From NCBI GenBank assembly GCA_001643675.2, contig LSRY02000046.1:558001-622000 (forward strand): a stretch of DNA of 64,000 bases, given 5' to 3'. This document shows, piece after piece, positions 48,338 to 62,158 of this stretch. How positions within the stretch are numbered: the first letter of the stretch is position 1; each line of letters opens with the position of its first letter. The notes under the pieces are model-generated. The model did no database searches and was not told the origin of the DNA. It saw only the letters and a program-made list of their open reading frames with translations. Made by a program: the position numbers and the translations under genes. This DNA is from Monocercomonoides exilis PA203. Its lineage: Eukaryota; Protista; Preaxostyla.

Positions 48338-51300
48338 TTATGTTTGAGGTATTTGATTTTCGCTTCCATCTTGTGCTACAGAGCCTTCAGTTGCGCTTGA
48401 AACATCAAGCGCTGACACGATTTTGGATTGGAGCTCAAAAGAATTCACAGAAGGCACAGAATGCAAAGAAGGCAAAGAAGATGAATCTAAAGAAGAAGTA
48501 TTATCTAATGGTGGTGGTGATGATGATGATTGCACAGGAAAAGATTCTAAAGATGATGACTGATTTGCCAGAGGCAGCTCTGCAGATGCTGTTTTCTGTT
48601 CTCTTTGTGGAGTCTCTGCATCAAATGGAGTTATCAAAACAGTCTCGACGGCATTGTGGTTAGATGAAGAAGAATCCAAAGAAGGCGGTTCAGAAGACTG
48701 TGAAGAAGATGACGAAGGAGAAGAAGCAGGAGCAGTGGTGGCTGTGGTGGTGGAAGTTGTAACAGTAGTAGTAGTTGTTGTTGTTGTAGAAGAAGAAGAA
48801 GAAGAAGGAATTGATAAATCAGACTGACTGGACGATGCAACTTGTGCTTTTTGAGCCGTCTCAGAGTGATTTGTCGAAGGTGTCTGTGTTTCTGTTGGAA
48901 ATGAAGTCGTCATTGAAGTCGGAGACGAACCAGGCAGCGGAAATGAAGCATACGAAGCACTTGCATTGGAAAGCGAAGGCTGCAATTGCAATACATCAGA
49001 AGGAGCAGATGGAGAAGATGGAGAAGAAGACGAAGAAGAAGATGATGATGAAGCAGAAGAAATAGAAGATGTAGTAGTAGTAACAGCAGCAGCAGATGAT
49101 GATGATGATAATGATGATGCAGGCGCAAGAGCAGGTGCAGGTGCAGATGACTGTGGTTGTTGTGATGACTGTTCAGAAGCATCACTCGAAGTGGCATTGT
49201 CAGCAGTGGTGCCAGAAGCAAGAGGCGAATCAGCAGAATACAAAGAGAGTGCGGAAGACTGGGCGATCTGCTCAACAGAAGGGAAATGGAATGCACTTTC
49301 GATAGGCATCTGGGCAGGGACACGAGCAGAGATCGAGGCGGAAGAATAGAGGGAGGCAGGGTCAGAGACAGAGGAAGAGGAAGAAGAGGAAGAAGAGGAA
49401 GAAGCTTTTTTTGCGGTGGATGGAGATGAAGATGTTGAGGAAGAAGGAGACAAAGAAGAAGAAGAAGAAGAAGAAGAAGAAGATTGAGGTGAATATGCAG
49501 TCTTTGAAGGAGAAGCTGATGTATTTGTGGGAACGATTATATAGTTGCGTGGAGGCAGAGGTGAGGAAACTGGTGATGTTCCAACGTTCAAAGGAGAAGG
49601 TGTATTTGACATTTTAACATAAAAAGCAGAAGAATTCGAAGAAATTGGAGAATTTGAGGTTGAGGTTGAGGTAGAAGAAAGGAAAGGAAAAGATTGCGGG
49701 GAAGAAAGCGCATACTGCGGAGATGCAACAGTGATGAAGGAAGACGAAGGAGAAAACGAAGAAGGAGAGGACGAAATAACAGCAGCAGCTGCTGCTGGAA
49801 AAGGAGAAGCAGAAATAGAAGCAGAAATAGAAGCAGAAGCAGAAGCAGAAGCAGCCGCTGCAGCCACAGTTGGAAATGTAGAGTTTTGAAAGTTGATCCC
49901 CGCCATCTGTGGCACAAACACGCTGAGTGTCGATCTTCCACTGTCATCCACAGGAAGGCTGGCGGAAAAGTTGTTTTTGGTCCACTGAACATTCTGGCCG
50001 TAAATCAGAGGCAGAGCAGACGGAGTTACAAACGGCGAAGCATACGGCTGCATCATCGGCGTCCCCGGAAGCACTTTGTGATGCTCCGTCCCGGGTATCT
50101 GGAAGCCACAGTTCGCTGCCATCTGCCCTGTGGCATCAACACCAAACATCTCGTTCTTTGCATTCGACATCATCAAGTTCGAACTTAGGAAATACGGATT
50201 GACATAATTTCCGCTTTGGCTTGTGTCGATGAAATTGGATTTCTGCAGCACATCAATCGCCTTCACTGACTTCTTGCTTCGTTTGTTCGGCTTCTTCTTT
50301 GACTTTGCTGGCTTCCCTTCTCCGTTGCCTACGTCTGGCATCGCTTCGTTGTCTTCTGCCATCGGCCTCTTAACAGGCTTCTCTTTCTTTCGCTTGGGCT
50401 TTTCTATTGCGGATTTGTAGTACCTTGCTGATTTTTTAGGTCTTTCTTCTCTTTTGTCAGCATCAACTGCAAACTTCCTGTCATCTTTTTTGATAAATTG
50501 CAAAAATTCTTCAGGTTCATCTCCGTTTTCTTCATTTGCATCAGCTTCTCTGTTTTCCTCTCCCTTGAAGCGACTCAAGTCCTTTGCTTCATTCCCTCTC
50601 TCCAATATCTCCACATCAAGCGCATTTTCTTCGTCTTTCCCCTTCGCAATCTCCTGCTCACTCCTTCCTTCACCTTCTTTCTGTTCATTCGAATACCAGT
50701 TCTCCTGCCCGTTTGGCGTCCCTTCGTTTTCGGCGCTCATTTCTTCCACATCAATCGGCGTGCCTGCTCTTTTGTCTTCCTCGTCCATTCGTCCTCTCCC
50801 AAAACTCGCCTTCCTCTTCTTTCCCTGCATGCCTTCACTAGCCCCTCCTCCTCCTTCCATCACATCTCCATCTGTCATCGTCTCATCATTCTCCATCCGA
50901 AAACTGTCAGTTTCATATTCGAAAAATCGAAACAAGTTTCTCCTTTTCCTCCTCTCTTCCCTTTCTCTCCGTGCTCGTTCTCGCTTCGTCTCCTCAAACT
51001 CCTCTTTCTGCGTGCTGCTCAGCTTCCCAACCCAATCGCTGCCAAACAGCAGCGCCAGGCTCTTCTTCTTCTTCTTCTTCCCTTTCTTTCCTCCCAGCGC
51101 AGCATCTGCCCCATCCTCTCCTTCTCCTCTTTTCTTGTAGTTTCCTTTCAGCTGGTCGTCCTCGCCCACTCTCTTCAGAACCCCGTCTTCTGTCACGTCC
51201 CACACACGCCCATTGTCCGAGCTCCCGCCCATGTCCACTCTCAGCCACCGCACCTCTTCCTCCACTGGAACAAGGCCGCAGCTGCCTCCGTAGTCTCTCT

Positions 51301-54300
51301 TCAGCTTCAGCAGTACTTCTTCTTCCTTCCCGCTGTTCTCTCCCCGATCACTTGCCGTCAAACCCCAGCCCCATCCCCCGCTGCCATTTCCACTGCCAAC
51401 TCCGCCTGCCCCCTTTGCTTCTCCTCTGCCTGCTGCAAAGTATCCAAACCCACTTCCTCTTCCTCTCCACACTTTCCGCGGCCTTCCGATGCCTCGATAT
51501 CCGCTCCCTCTTCCTCTGCCCCTGAGCCCTCCTCTGCCCCACCGTCTCCTGTATTCCACCAGTCTTTCGCCAAGCTTCTCCACCTCAACCGCCTTCGCTG
51601 CCTCCTCCTCGTTGCTGCCGTCTTCTCCCGCCCTGTCTGCCCAGCTGATGCCCATCCCATTGCCAAACAGACAATAGTCCACAAACCCCCCCACACGCGG
51701 CATGTACTCCCTTCTCACCTTCAGCAGCGTCGGCTTCAGCTGCACTTCAACCCCAACTGACTCGTAGAAGCTGCTTGAATGCGGCGATACGAATGGACTG
51801 CCCCGATAACGTGGGGCGAATGCAACTTCCTGTCTTCGTTGCTGTGGGCGCACAAATGGCCGCTCGAATTCACCCAGCACAGACTCTGCCATTGGGATGT
51901 ATCTGTGCCGAATGGTGTGGGAGGAGGAGGATGCGCTGCTGTTCGGGTGCAGAGAGGAGTAAGGGACGAGTGAAGGGATCGTGCGTTCGCGTGATGGAAG
52001 CATCAGAAGTGATTCCTTTTTGGATTGTTTGTGTTTGTTGTTGGAATGTGGAGTGGAATTGTGGCTATGATGATGGTGGTGATGGTGATGGTGATGATGA
52101 TGCGAATGAGAATGCGAGTGAGTATGAGGATGCTTATGTTGATTATCTGCTTGTGACTGCTCCATGCTCTGTGTCTTTTTGAGGTTGGTGCTATTTCCAC
52201 CATTGTTGTTGTTTTCATTCTCTTGCTTCTTATTCTTCTCCTTCGAATCATCTTTATTTGCATTCTTTTGTTTCTTCTTCCTTTTTGGCGTGCCGTTCTC
52301 TGCATCATCATTGTTATCTTTATCTTCCTTTCCCCTTTCCCTGTCCTTCTCCTTCTTCTCTTTTTCTTTCTCTTCGTCTGCCTTTTGTTGGTCATTCAAC
52401 GCATGACGAATGCTCATCGTGACATCAATTACGCTGTGATCATTGTGATGGTGTCTTCGATGTCTGTGAGTGTGATGATGATGATGATTATCATGATGAC
52501 GATGTTGTTGGTGTGAATGAAGATGAAGATGACGATGATGCAATTGATGCTGATCTGCTTGTGGAGCAAAAACGTCATCTTCAAACTGCTCGCAAAACAC
52601 AGCGATCATCTCTTTCTCTCTGTTTGTTGTGCTTGGAGTTTTATTCTTCATGGCGAAAGCATCCAAACTATCAAACGATCCAAGTTTTTGTATTAGTTCA
52701 ATTCCTTCCATGTTCTCTATCTTCTCCTCTTTTCTTTCTCCTTCTTCTCCTTCTTCTTTGTCTCTTTTCTCCCTCTCCCTCTCTCTTTCTCTTTCTCTTT
52801 CTCTCACCATTTCCATTTCCCTTTCCCTTTCTCTTTCTCTTTCCCCTTCCTCCACCTCCTCCTCATAATCATCTTCCTCATCCGATTCTTCGTCTTCCTC
52901 GTCTTCGTCTCCATCGTCGTATGTGTCTGGAATAATCGCTGCCAGAATCGTCCCAGGTGTCAGTGAAGATCCAACAGAAGATGCCAGCTTGTCCATAATC
53001 CTCCTTACAGCCACATCGTCCTTCACATAAAACATAGGCGTTTTGAAGCTTCCGGCGGGAGAAAAAGAAGGAAGAGAAGAAAGAAGGCGAGAAAGGAGTG
53101 TGTGAAAGTGAGGGGTTTGCTGATGGTGCTTTGAAGATGAGATTGAAGTGGTTGAAGGCATTGGTGATGGTAATGATGATAACAAGGAAGGAGAAGATAA
53201 AGGCGATGAAGAAGGCGAAGAAGAAGGAGATGATGAAAGTGATAATGAAAATGACAATGAAGGAGAAGGAGAAGAAGAAGATAAAGAAGGTGTCTTTGAA
53301 ATTGTGTCTGATTTTGATAAAGTCGATGAAATGCTATGAAATGAAGGCGTTTGTGTTTGAAGTGGAATCTGTGAAGTGGTTTTTGGAGTTAACGAAATGG
53401 CAGAGGATTTTGTTTGAACAGGGTGAAATGCGAGAGATGGATGAGCAATCGCATAAATGCGATCAATAAGCTTGTCAAATGCTTCTGAAGAAGAAGAGGA
53501 GGAGGAATAGAAGGAAGTGGAAGAAGAAGAAGAAGAAGATGATGATGATGATGATGAACTTGAAGAAGAAGAAGAACTTGAAGAGTTCTGTGCATCTCTT
53601 TTGCTCTCTTTTTCAGCCTTTTTTACTTCCTTCACATCAATAATAACAGGACTGTCTTCTTCCATCTTTATATCCATTTCTTGCATTGCTCCAACAACAT
53701 CCTCCTTCCCTTGCTTCAAATCCAAATTCGCATTATAATCCCTCTCTTCCTCTTTCCTTGCGTTCCCTTCACTCCAAATGAAATAGTTCTCAATCACCTC
53801 CAAAATTGCCTCAATCAGCCGCATCTGAAACGACGAAGGCGAAATCGACGCGAAGGAAATCGGGGAAAGCGCCACAACATCGTCTATTGCCTCCAAAAGC
53901 GTCGTCGCCGGCGGCTTTGCCAGAAACAGCGCCTCTTTCGGCAGAAGCACCAGGCAGTCGCTCTTCTTCTCCGCAGACACAGACACAGCTGACAGGCAGT
54001 TGTCGATAGACAGCTCGGAACTCCACTTCTTCTGCTTCTGCGACTCCGGAAGCCGAATCCCCGCGGAAAAGGCATTGAAACCGTCTCGGCTGTGCTTCCG
54101 GTAGCTGGTTGCTTCGTTGCTTTCTCCGCCTTCCCCTCCTTCTCCACCGCCTTCCCCTCCTTCTTCGTTCTGCTCCTCATTTTCGTCTGCTTCATCGGCT
54201 TCATTCGCTTCGTCTTCATCGTCTTCGTCTCGAATTTCAATGAGACGATTTTCTTTGTTTTCTTTGCCTTCTTTCCTATTTTTCCTATCTTTTCCTTCTT

Positions 54301-55998
54301 TCTCTTCTTCTTCGTCATCGTCTGCCTCTTTAATCTCAATGGCATCTCGTTCATTCAGATTTCTACCTTGTTTTTGTTTTCGCTCTTCTTCTTCTCCTTC
54401 TCTGTTCTTCTTCTTTCGCCCTCTTCTTTCCATTCGTGTTGATCCTTTTTCATCGTCTTCTGCTTTTTCTGCACGAGATTTTTCTTTTTCCTTTTGAGGT
54501 TTTTCATCATTAGCTTCTTTTCTCTTCGTTTTTTGTTCATCTTCAGAATTGCCTTTCTTATCCGTCTTTCCTTTCTGAGGCTCCTTCGTTTTTCCTTTCA
54601 CTCTAGCTTCGCCATCTTTACTATGAGTTTTTCTATTATCCTCCTCCTCTTCCTCCTCTTCCTCCTCTTCCTCGTCTTCCTCTTCCTCTTCATCTTCCTC
54701 TTCCTCCTCATCTTCGTCGTCATCTTCTTTTTCTTTCCCATTTTTTCCTTCTTTCTTCTCGCCATCCAACACTATCGCCTTCCTTTTCCTTCCACTGATT
54801 CTTCTTGGAGCATCCCTTTTGAGTGATCTGTATCTCTGTGTGAAATAAATCTTTCCTTTCTTTTTCTTCCTTCTCTTCTTCACATTCTTCACAATCTTCA
54901 GAATTTCTGCCTCTGCTTCTTCGTCTTCCTCGTCTTCTTCTTCTTCTTCTTTCGTTTTCTCTTCATGTTGAGTCTTTTTCTTGGTGCTTTTCTTCTTCTT
55001 TTCTTTCTCTTCTTCTTTTGCCTCTTCTTTTCTTTCTTCTTTCTTGTCACCTTTCTTTTCACTCTTCTTCTTCGTTGATTGCTCTCCTTTAGTCACTTCT
55101 TCATCTTTTTCCTCTTTCTCTTCTTTTCCTCTTTTTTTCGTATTCTTTTTCTTTTTCATCTCTTGCACTTCTTGTTTTTCTTTTATCTTTTGCTCTTTTT
55201 GTTTTTTCTTCAACATTTTCTTTTCTTCTTTTCTTTTCTTTTCTTTTCTTTTCTTCTCCTTCTTCATTTTCCTCTCCAATTCTTTTTGCCTCTCCTTCCT
55301 CTTCTTCTCCCTCATTCTCCTTCTCTCTTCTCTCCTCCTCCTTTTCTCCTCCTCCTCCTTCCTCCTCTCCTCCTCCATCTCTTTCTCCTTCTTCTCCTTC
55401 GCCTTCTCAAACACCTTCGAAAACATCTGCATCGTCTTCCCCATCCCTGACAACCCCCTCACTGCATACGCCTGCCGCATCTTCACTTTGAGCTTCAGGT
55501 CTTTGCTGAACCGCTTCTCATACTCCACAATTTTGTCTTCGCTTTTGTTGATTCCAAAGAGAGAAGCAAGTGATAAAGTTGGGGCTGTGAATGAGTTGCT
55601 GAATGTGGTGAGGACAGATGAGTCAGGCTTCTTTTCAAGGGATGTGCTGGAGAACGAAGAAGAGAAAGAATTCTGGAAAAGTTCCTTGTTTTCTCTAAAT
55701 AAAGCAGTTATAATGTCATTCAATGAGCTTGAAGAAGATGCTATTTCAGATAGACGCTGCAGGAAACTTGAATCAAATGTGCTAACGGCCTTCTTTTCTG
55801 TGTCAACTGAATCAAAATGCATCGAATCAATTCTTGTTTCATTTGAAGAACTGCCAATCACTTCAGAAGTTGCATCTCCCGGCAAACTATTTGAATGCGG
55901 CAATATTTCAGCCATTTGGCAATTTTGTTTCTGATTATCTGTGATATTTTGAATTTGAGGAGGAGGAGGAGGAGGAGGAGGAGGAGGAGGAGAAGAAG

Positions 55999-56029
<31 letters not shown>

Positions 56030-59000
56030 TGATGATGTCGAGGCTAAGGATGATGCTGCTTCTGAAGGTGACAGAACAGTCAAAGAAGGCGGAAATAGTT
56101 TTGAATCGGCTGCACTTTCAGACAGCAAAGCTATTTCAGCTGCAGATTTTGAGTTGACACTTTGCGGAGGTTCAACTTCCATTGCATTTTCATCCGCATT
56201 CTTCCGCTTTCGCTTATTGCTCTTTGATTTGTCTTGATCAACTCCTGATTCTTGCTCCGTTTTGGAGTCTTGTGTTGTTTTACTCCTCTTACTCCTCCTC
56301 TTCTTCTTCATTGAATTTTCATCACCTTCTATCTTATCTTCATCCATTCCATTCTTTTTCTCTCCATTCCCAGCCTCATTCTTCTTCTCCTTCTCATCCA
56401 TCTGCAAGCGATCCAACAGCATTGCATTCAACAGCCTCTTCCTCAGCACAGCCACACTCGACAGGACCGGCATCATCTTCGCAATGACATGGTAGTCCTT
56501 CGGGAACATCAGCGAAAGCACAGAAAACGCCTCTTTCTCCTGCTCGCTCCACATCCTTTCTCTTTCTCTCTTTTCTCTTCTGTTTGCGTCTTCGTCGGGA
56601 TAAGTACGAAGATGCGTGGGGAAAAGCGGGAAGCGCAGCGATGCGAAAGAACCAGGCTGTGTGCTGTGTGCTCCAAAGAGATTGAACTGATAATGGATAA
56701 AGAAAGAAGGAAGGGCTTTTTTGTTGTCATTGGATGGATTTATCTGAAGAGCATTGGAAGATTCATTGGAAAGTTGCATGGATGCGCTGCTTTCGTTAAT
56801 ATTAACAGCATTTGCTTCTTTTTTCAAAAATTCACTTTCATTTCCAATCTTTTCAATATTTTCAATTGATTTATTGTTAACTTCATCTTGCTTCTGTTCA
56901 TGAATATTGTTTGGAACATCTTCTTCTTTTTCTTCTTCACTTTCTTCTTCCATCTCCTCCGCCTCCCAAAATATATCTCTCCATCTGTGTGTTTCGAACA
57001 ACGCCAGCTTCGGAATAACTGCCTCATTCATTTTCCTCCTCATCTCGTTGTATTTCTTTAATTGTGCTAAAACCCCTCTTTGTGCAAACACATCTCCTTT
57101 ACTCCGCTTTGATGACTTCTTGAACTCAATCACTTCATCATTTGTGTCTTCATCCATCCTTTCTTTTCCTTCAATCTCATTCTCCTCCTTCTGCTCCACA
57201 TCCATTTTTCTCTCCCCCATCTTCGACCTCATCTTTTTCCTCGTACTATTTCGCTCTGCAACAATCTCCTCCAGCCACTCCGCCTCCATCTCCCTCATCG
57301 CATTCACCATCTCCCGCCCCGACCCCCTCCCCAGCTTGCTCCACGTGCTCAATCTCACAGGCTGTGTAGGAGGTACTTTACCCAATGCCTCCAAATGGCG
57401 TGGAATGTACGTCTTGCACGAGGCTGGTGTGTGTGCCTGGAAAGACGGGCGGTCAAAGGAAGGGTAGTAAAGCGGCTGCACAGACGAGCGGTAGATCTGA
57501 GTGTAGTCGCTGTATGGGAAGCGCTTTGTGCGCTGCTCGAGAGAATAAAATGGGGAATGATTCTGATGCTGCTGATGATGCTGCTGATGATTCTGTTGAT
57601 TATTGTTGTTGTTGTTGTTGTTATGACTCTGATGATTATGATGCGACAATTGCTGGCTTTGCGGCTGGAGAGAAGATAATGGATAGTCTTCGAGTTTGAT
57701 TCCAATGTCTGAATAGAACGACGGAGAAACCGATGAAAACGGGCGTGGCGGTGTGGAAGGCAGCACAGGAGAGTTCTGAAATGCGTCAGGCAAAATGTAC
57801 TCATCCTGCGACGAGTCCTGCATCTCCTCTGAAAATGAGTCCATTTTTGAGTGGGGCTGCGGGCATTCAATCGCAGGAACAGGAGCAGATGCAGGCATAT
57901 GTACAGACGTAGGTGAATGTGCAGGAGCAGTAGCAGTAGCAGTAGCAGGCTCAGGGCGGGCGAAGTAGCGGGAGGATTCAAAAGGATCGTAGTATCCCGT
58001 GGGAAAGAAGCTGGTCTGGTACATCAAGTGTGACTCTTGGTAGTATGTGGTGATTCGCTTCAGTGGAATATGCACATTTTTTGTGTTCTCTTCAGTTCTG
58101 TAGTATTTCAGATGCTCCCGCAGTTCGTTCTCCTTCAGCGACAGCAGCGTCTTCTCATTCTTTTCCCACTCTTTCGACGCGAAAGACGCAGCTGAATCAA
58201 ACATGACTGAGTACAAAAGTAGCAGCGACCGGCGGAAGGCGATGTATTTTCTGACACGCAGAAGCGAACGATAAGAAGGAGGAGTGAAATAGGCAATGCC
58301 GTTGCGTGGCTCAGAAATCAGGGGCAGTGCTGTGAAGTCCTCTGAGTCTTCGTTTGGCTTTGAAGAAAAAGAAAGAGAAAGGTTATTATGTTTTGTTGGA
58401 GAATCCTTTCCGTGTGAAGATGATGAAGATTTTGAGGATGAACAAGAGGAAAAAGAAGAAGATGATGTTGTTGTTGTTGAAGTTGAAGATGAAGATGAAG
58501 AAATGAGAGGAGGAGAAAGATGAGAAGAAAAAGTTGTTATTGTTGTTGGTGATGCTGATGATGAGATCAGAGGAATTGAAGACGGAGACATTGAAGAAGA
58601 AGAAGAAGAATGAGAAGAAGAAGAAGAAGAAAATGATGAAAGAAAAGAAGGAGGCGAAAATACGTTTAATTTTAAATTTGCAGCTGAAGATCCATTTGAG
58701 AAATCAGGAAATGAAATTGGCGCTTTTATTGTTGTGAAAGATGTCAGTTGCTGTTCTTTTGCATCCTTTGAGCAATTCGTGGAAGCATCTGCAGTTGAGT
58801 TAGCACTCTCACCAGACTCATTTCTGTTTCTCTTTTTGTCTTTGCTTCGCGTGTTCTCGCTGATTTCGCTGATCACTTGCTGCTTCTGCTGCTGTTTGGC
58901 TGGCTTTTTCTTGTTTTTGGCCTTCTGATGCGGCTGACGAGAAGATTTTGACTTTGACTGACTTCGTTTTGACTTTGCCTGTGTGTTTGCTTTCTCCAAT

Positions 59001-60984
59001 TGATCGCCATTTTGTTCTGTTTCGTTTTCTGCTTCCATTTCCACTTCCACTTCCATTTCAGTCTCATTTTTTTGTTTTTTGTCCATTTCTTTTTCAACAT
59101 CATTTTCACTCATTTTTTCTTTTTTATCCTCTAATTCTTTTTCTGTGATTTTTCTAGCAAACTGTTCGTGACGTTGTACCATCGACATGAAATACACGGC
59201 TCTCCCATCCATTTGGGGATTGATTACTGGATAATTCACAACACACAGAACAGGAAACTGATTGAGTTTGTGTGAGTGTGAATGTGAATGTGAATGTAAT
59301 TGAAAAGAAGATGGAAAAAGAGAAGAAGAGGAAGAGGAAGAAATAGAAAGAGAATTTCTGAAAGAAGGCAAGCTCTGGTGGCAAACACTTTGTGATGTCG
59401 AATAATTTGAGTTAAAAGAATGGCTTGCCGAGAAAGATGAATTTTGCAAATGAAACTTTGTTGCCTCACTTTTCCTTTTCAAAAGTGCCTGCTTTACTAT
59501 TTGCCTAATAATTCCGTTTCTCTTTGATTCGCATTCAACATCCTTTTGTTTGTTTTCTGCATGTTCACAATTTTCAACATTGCTGTTTTCGTTAGTCAAA
59601 ACATGGCTTTCCCCATCATTTTCTTTTGTTTTTGCATTTTTGCTCAAAGTCATAGCATACCCCTGGCAACTTGACTTTTCGCAAGAATCTGTTGAACGAC
59701 AACTACAATTTAATATTTGCCTCCAACGGCAATTTTGATAAAAATAGAAAAACTGACAATGTTCAATTTTTCCCATTTTGCCTAATCTTTTTTCTTTTTC
59801 TTTCATAATCATTTCTTTCATGCTTAAGTTCTCTATGGACACGTATCTCTTTATTCCAAACATTTGTTGCATGCCCCCAATCTCAAATTTGTGCATTTGT
59901 AGCAATTGCTTTTGTATTCTTTCATTTTTTTCTTTTATTTTTCTTGTGTTTTGTGCTTTGATTAGCTCAGCACCATATTCCCATCTGTGTCTCAAATGAA
60001 TTTTACCGTTTTTGAGTATTGTTTTTTTATAAGATTGCTCTTCTGACAAACTAATCGGTACTTCTGGCAAATCGTCACCCACACTCTGCTTTAAAAGACT
60101 TTGAATTATTCGCTTTTTCCTCAATTTGTCTCGGACGCTCGCAAGCTCTCGTCGAAGAGAGGACAATGCATCCTCAAAAGCTGGCGAAATACTATTCTGG
60201 ATTGAACTTTGTTGCGGTTTACTTTGAAAAATACATGCAGATGGAGAAATTGACTGTGAATTCGAAACAGAAAGTTTGCTCAAATTTTGACAAAAGTTCT
60301 GTGTTTCTCCATCTTTTGAAATAAATTTTTTGACAAGTTTGAGTGAAGACACGAAATAAGGTGACTGCATTAATTCATTCAATGAATTATCTTTTGCTGC
60401 CTGCTTTGCTTTTTGTTGTTCTAAAATCTTTTTTATCTTTTGCTCAACAATCTCTCTGTATTTACCTTCAAATAAAACATTATGCAATTATTCATTCAAT
60501 AAAGAAACCTCAGCAAATGCAAAAGTACTTGCAAACTTGTCTCTGCTTCCAAAGGTTCAATCTCCTTCAAATATCGAATGACTTCAAAAATTAATGCTTC
60601 ATCTGCTATAAATAGAGAACACTAATTTGCAACATTTCAAGCAATAAATCTTATACCTCCATTGGAAATGTTTTGTATTTGAGCACGCAAAAATGGTTTT
60701 TGAAAAAGAGAAATAAAGCACATTAATAAATGCCAATTGTTCTTTATTGTCTTTTCATCGTCTTTGTTGTCCAGCATAAAAACATATTTGAATCTGGTAT
60801 TTATTTGTATCCCTGTCCTTTCTACCATTTCTTCTGCGAATATGTGCAATAAAGTCCCATTTCTAATAACTTTTTCAAGAATTTCACTCGCTTCATAGTG
60901 CTGTCCTTTATTAACATTTTTAAGCTCGGTCTCTGGTACTCCATGCATTAAAATCCACTGTGCAATGTCAGTGGGTAATTTCAT
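48338..60984 (-). CDS. Giant (~4,200 aa) low-complexity protein: N-terminal calponin-homology-like domain, SANT/Myb-like motif, AT-hook
   Basis: Exon 1 (IAQWI..IRNGTLLHIF..KNNWHLL..QIQNISNG) splices to DEALIFEVIRYL, then into the 4049-aa ORF. WSEQEKEAFSVLSLMFPKDYHVIAKMM lies at ~56469-56554 and GRPRK at ~51472-51490. Confidence 0.75.
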
Positions 60985-61074
60985 TTTTAAAAGTTATCGA
61001 TACTTAACTGGAAAAATGGCAATTTTCTTCGGTTGTTGATTCAAAAGAATGAATAAAGGTTATAAAGATCAAAA

Positions 61075-61897
61075 ATGTCCGAAGAAGAAGGTGGAAAAGT
61101 CGTTGAATATCTCCTCAAAGTTAGTCTTTATTCTATCTTTAATCTTGCAAATGAATGTGTTTATGATGTACATAGGTTCTTGTTGTGGGCGACCTTGGTG
61201 TGGGAAAAACAAGTTTGATTCAGAGATATGTTCACAACATATTTAGTCGTGAATACAAGGCTACCATTGGTGTAGATTTTGCTTACAAATTAATACAAAT
61301 CAGTCCAGACAAAGTTGTCCGTCTCCAACTTTGGGATATTGCTGGTCAAGAAAGATATGGAAACATGACTCGTGTATGCAAATTTTTTCTATTTTCGATT
61401 TGTCAAACAGCTTAATTCATGATACTTATAGGTGTACTACAAAGAAGCTTTTGGGGCGATGATAGTGTTTGATTTATCTCGTCCAAATACTTTGGATTCT
61501 GTGAAAAAGTGGAAGGCTGATATTGATTCAAAAGTTCGTCTTCCAGATCCAAATGAATCTCCAATTCCAGTTATTTTGCTTGCAAACAAGGTATGAACGT
61601 GTATAAATAAGAATTTGATTCGTTAATAATAATTTGTTTTTAAAGTCTGATCTCGTGAAAAATGCAATAAATCCAGCTCAGTTAGATCAATATTGCAAGG
61701 ATAACGGATTTGTGAAGTGGTTTGAAACTTCTGCAAAAGATAATATTAATGTTGAAGAAGCTGCAAACTATCTGGTGAGACGCATTTTGGAGACTGAAAC
61801 TCAAGCACGAAACGATTCGGATGGAGGAAGTGATTCAGGGGATGTAGTTGATCCAGCAAAGCCAACAAAAGAATCTTCAGGTGGTTGCCCTTGCTAG
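61075..61897 (+). CDS. RAB32: Rab32/38-family small GTPase, 4 exons
   Basis: GDLGVGKTS, YKATIGVDFAYK, the diagnostic WDIAGQE, GNMTRVYYKEA, LANKSD, WFETSAKDNINV and C-terminal CPC. Introns at 61120-61175, 61374-61431 and 61591-61645. Confidence 0.9.
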
Positions 61898-62158
61898 TGA
61901 AGCGTAATGATATTTTATGAAATATTTCTTATCTTTTCTTTTTGGAGGATTATTTGTTTTTTTTTTTTTATAAAAAAAGAAAAGACAATGCATCTTAATC
62001 ACATCACCAGTTTTCTTACTGCTATACTACATTAGAGTGATGTCTCTTTTTTTATATTTTCACGAATTTATATTGGCATTTGAATAATATTTTTTTCGAA
62101 AGTTTAAACTCTTTGAAATGAATAAATGTTACAAAAGATCATCATAGATTTGGTTTTG

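Noticed and set aside
48340-60000. Numerous plus-strand and alternate-frame ORFs inside the giant gene
   Set aside because: They are antisense or off-frame shadows of low-complexity coding sequence.
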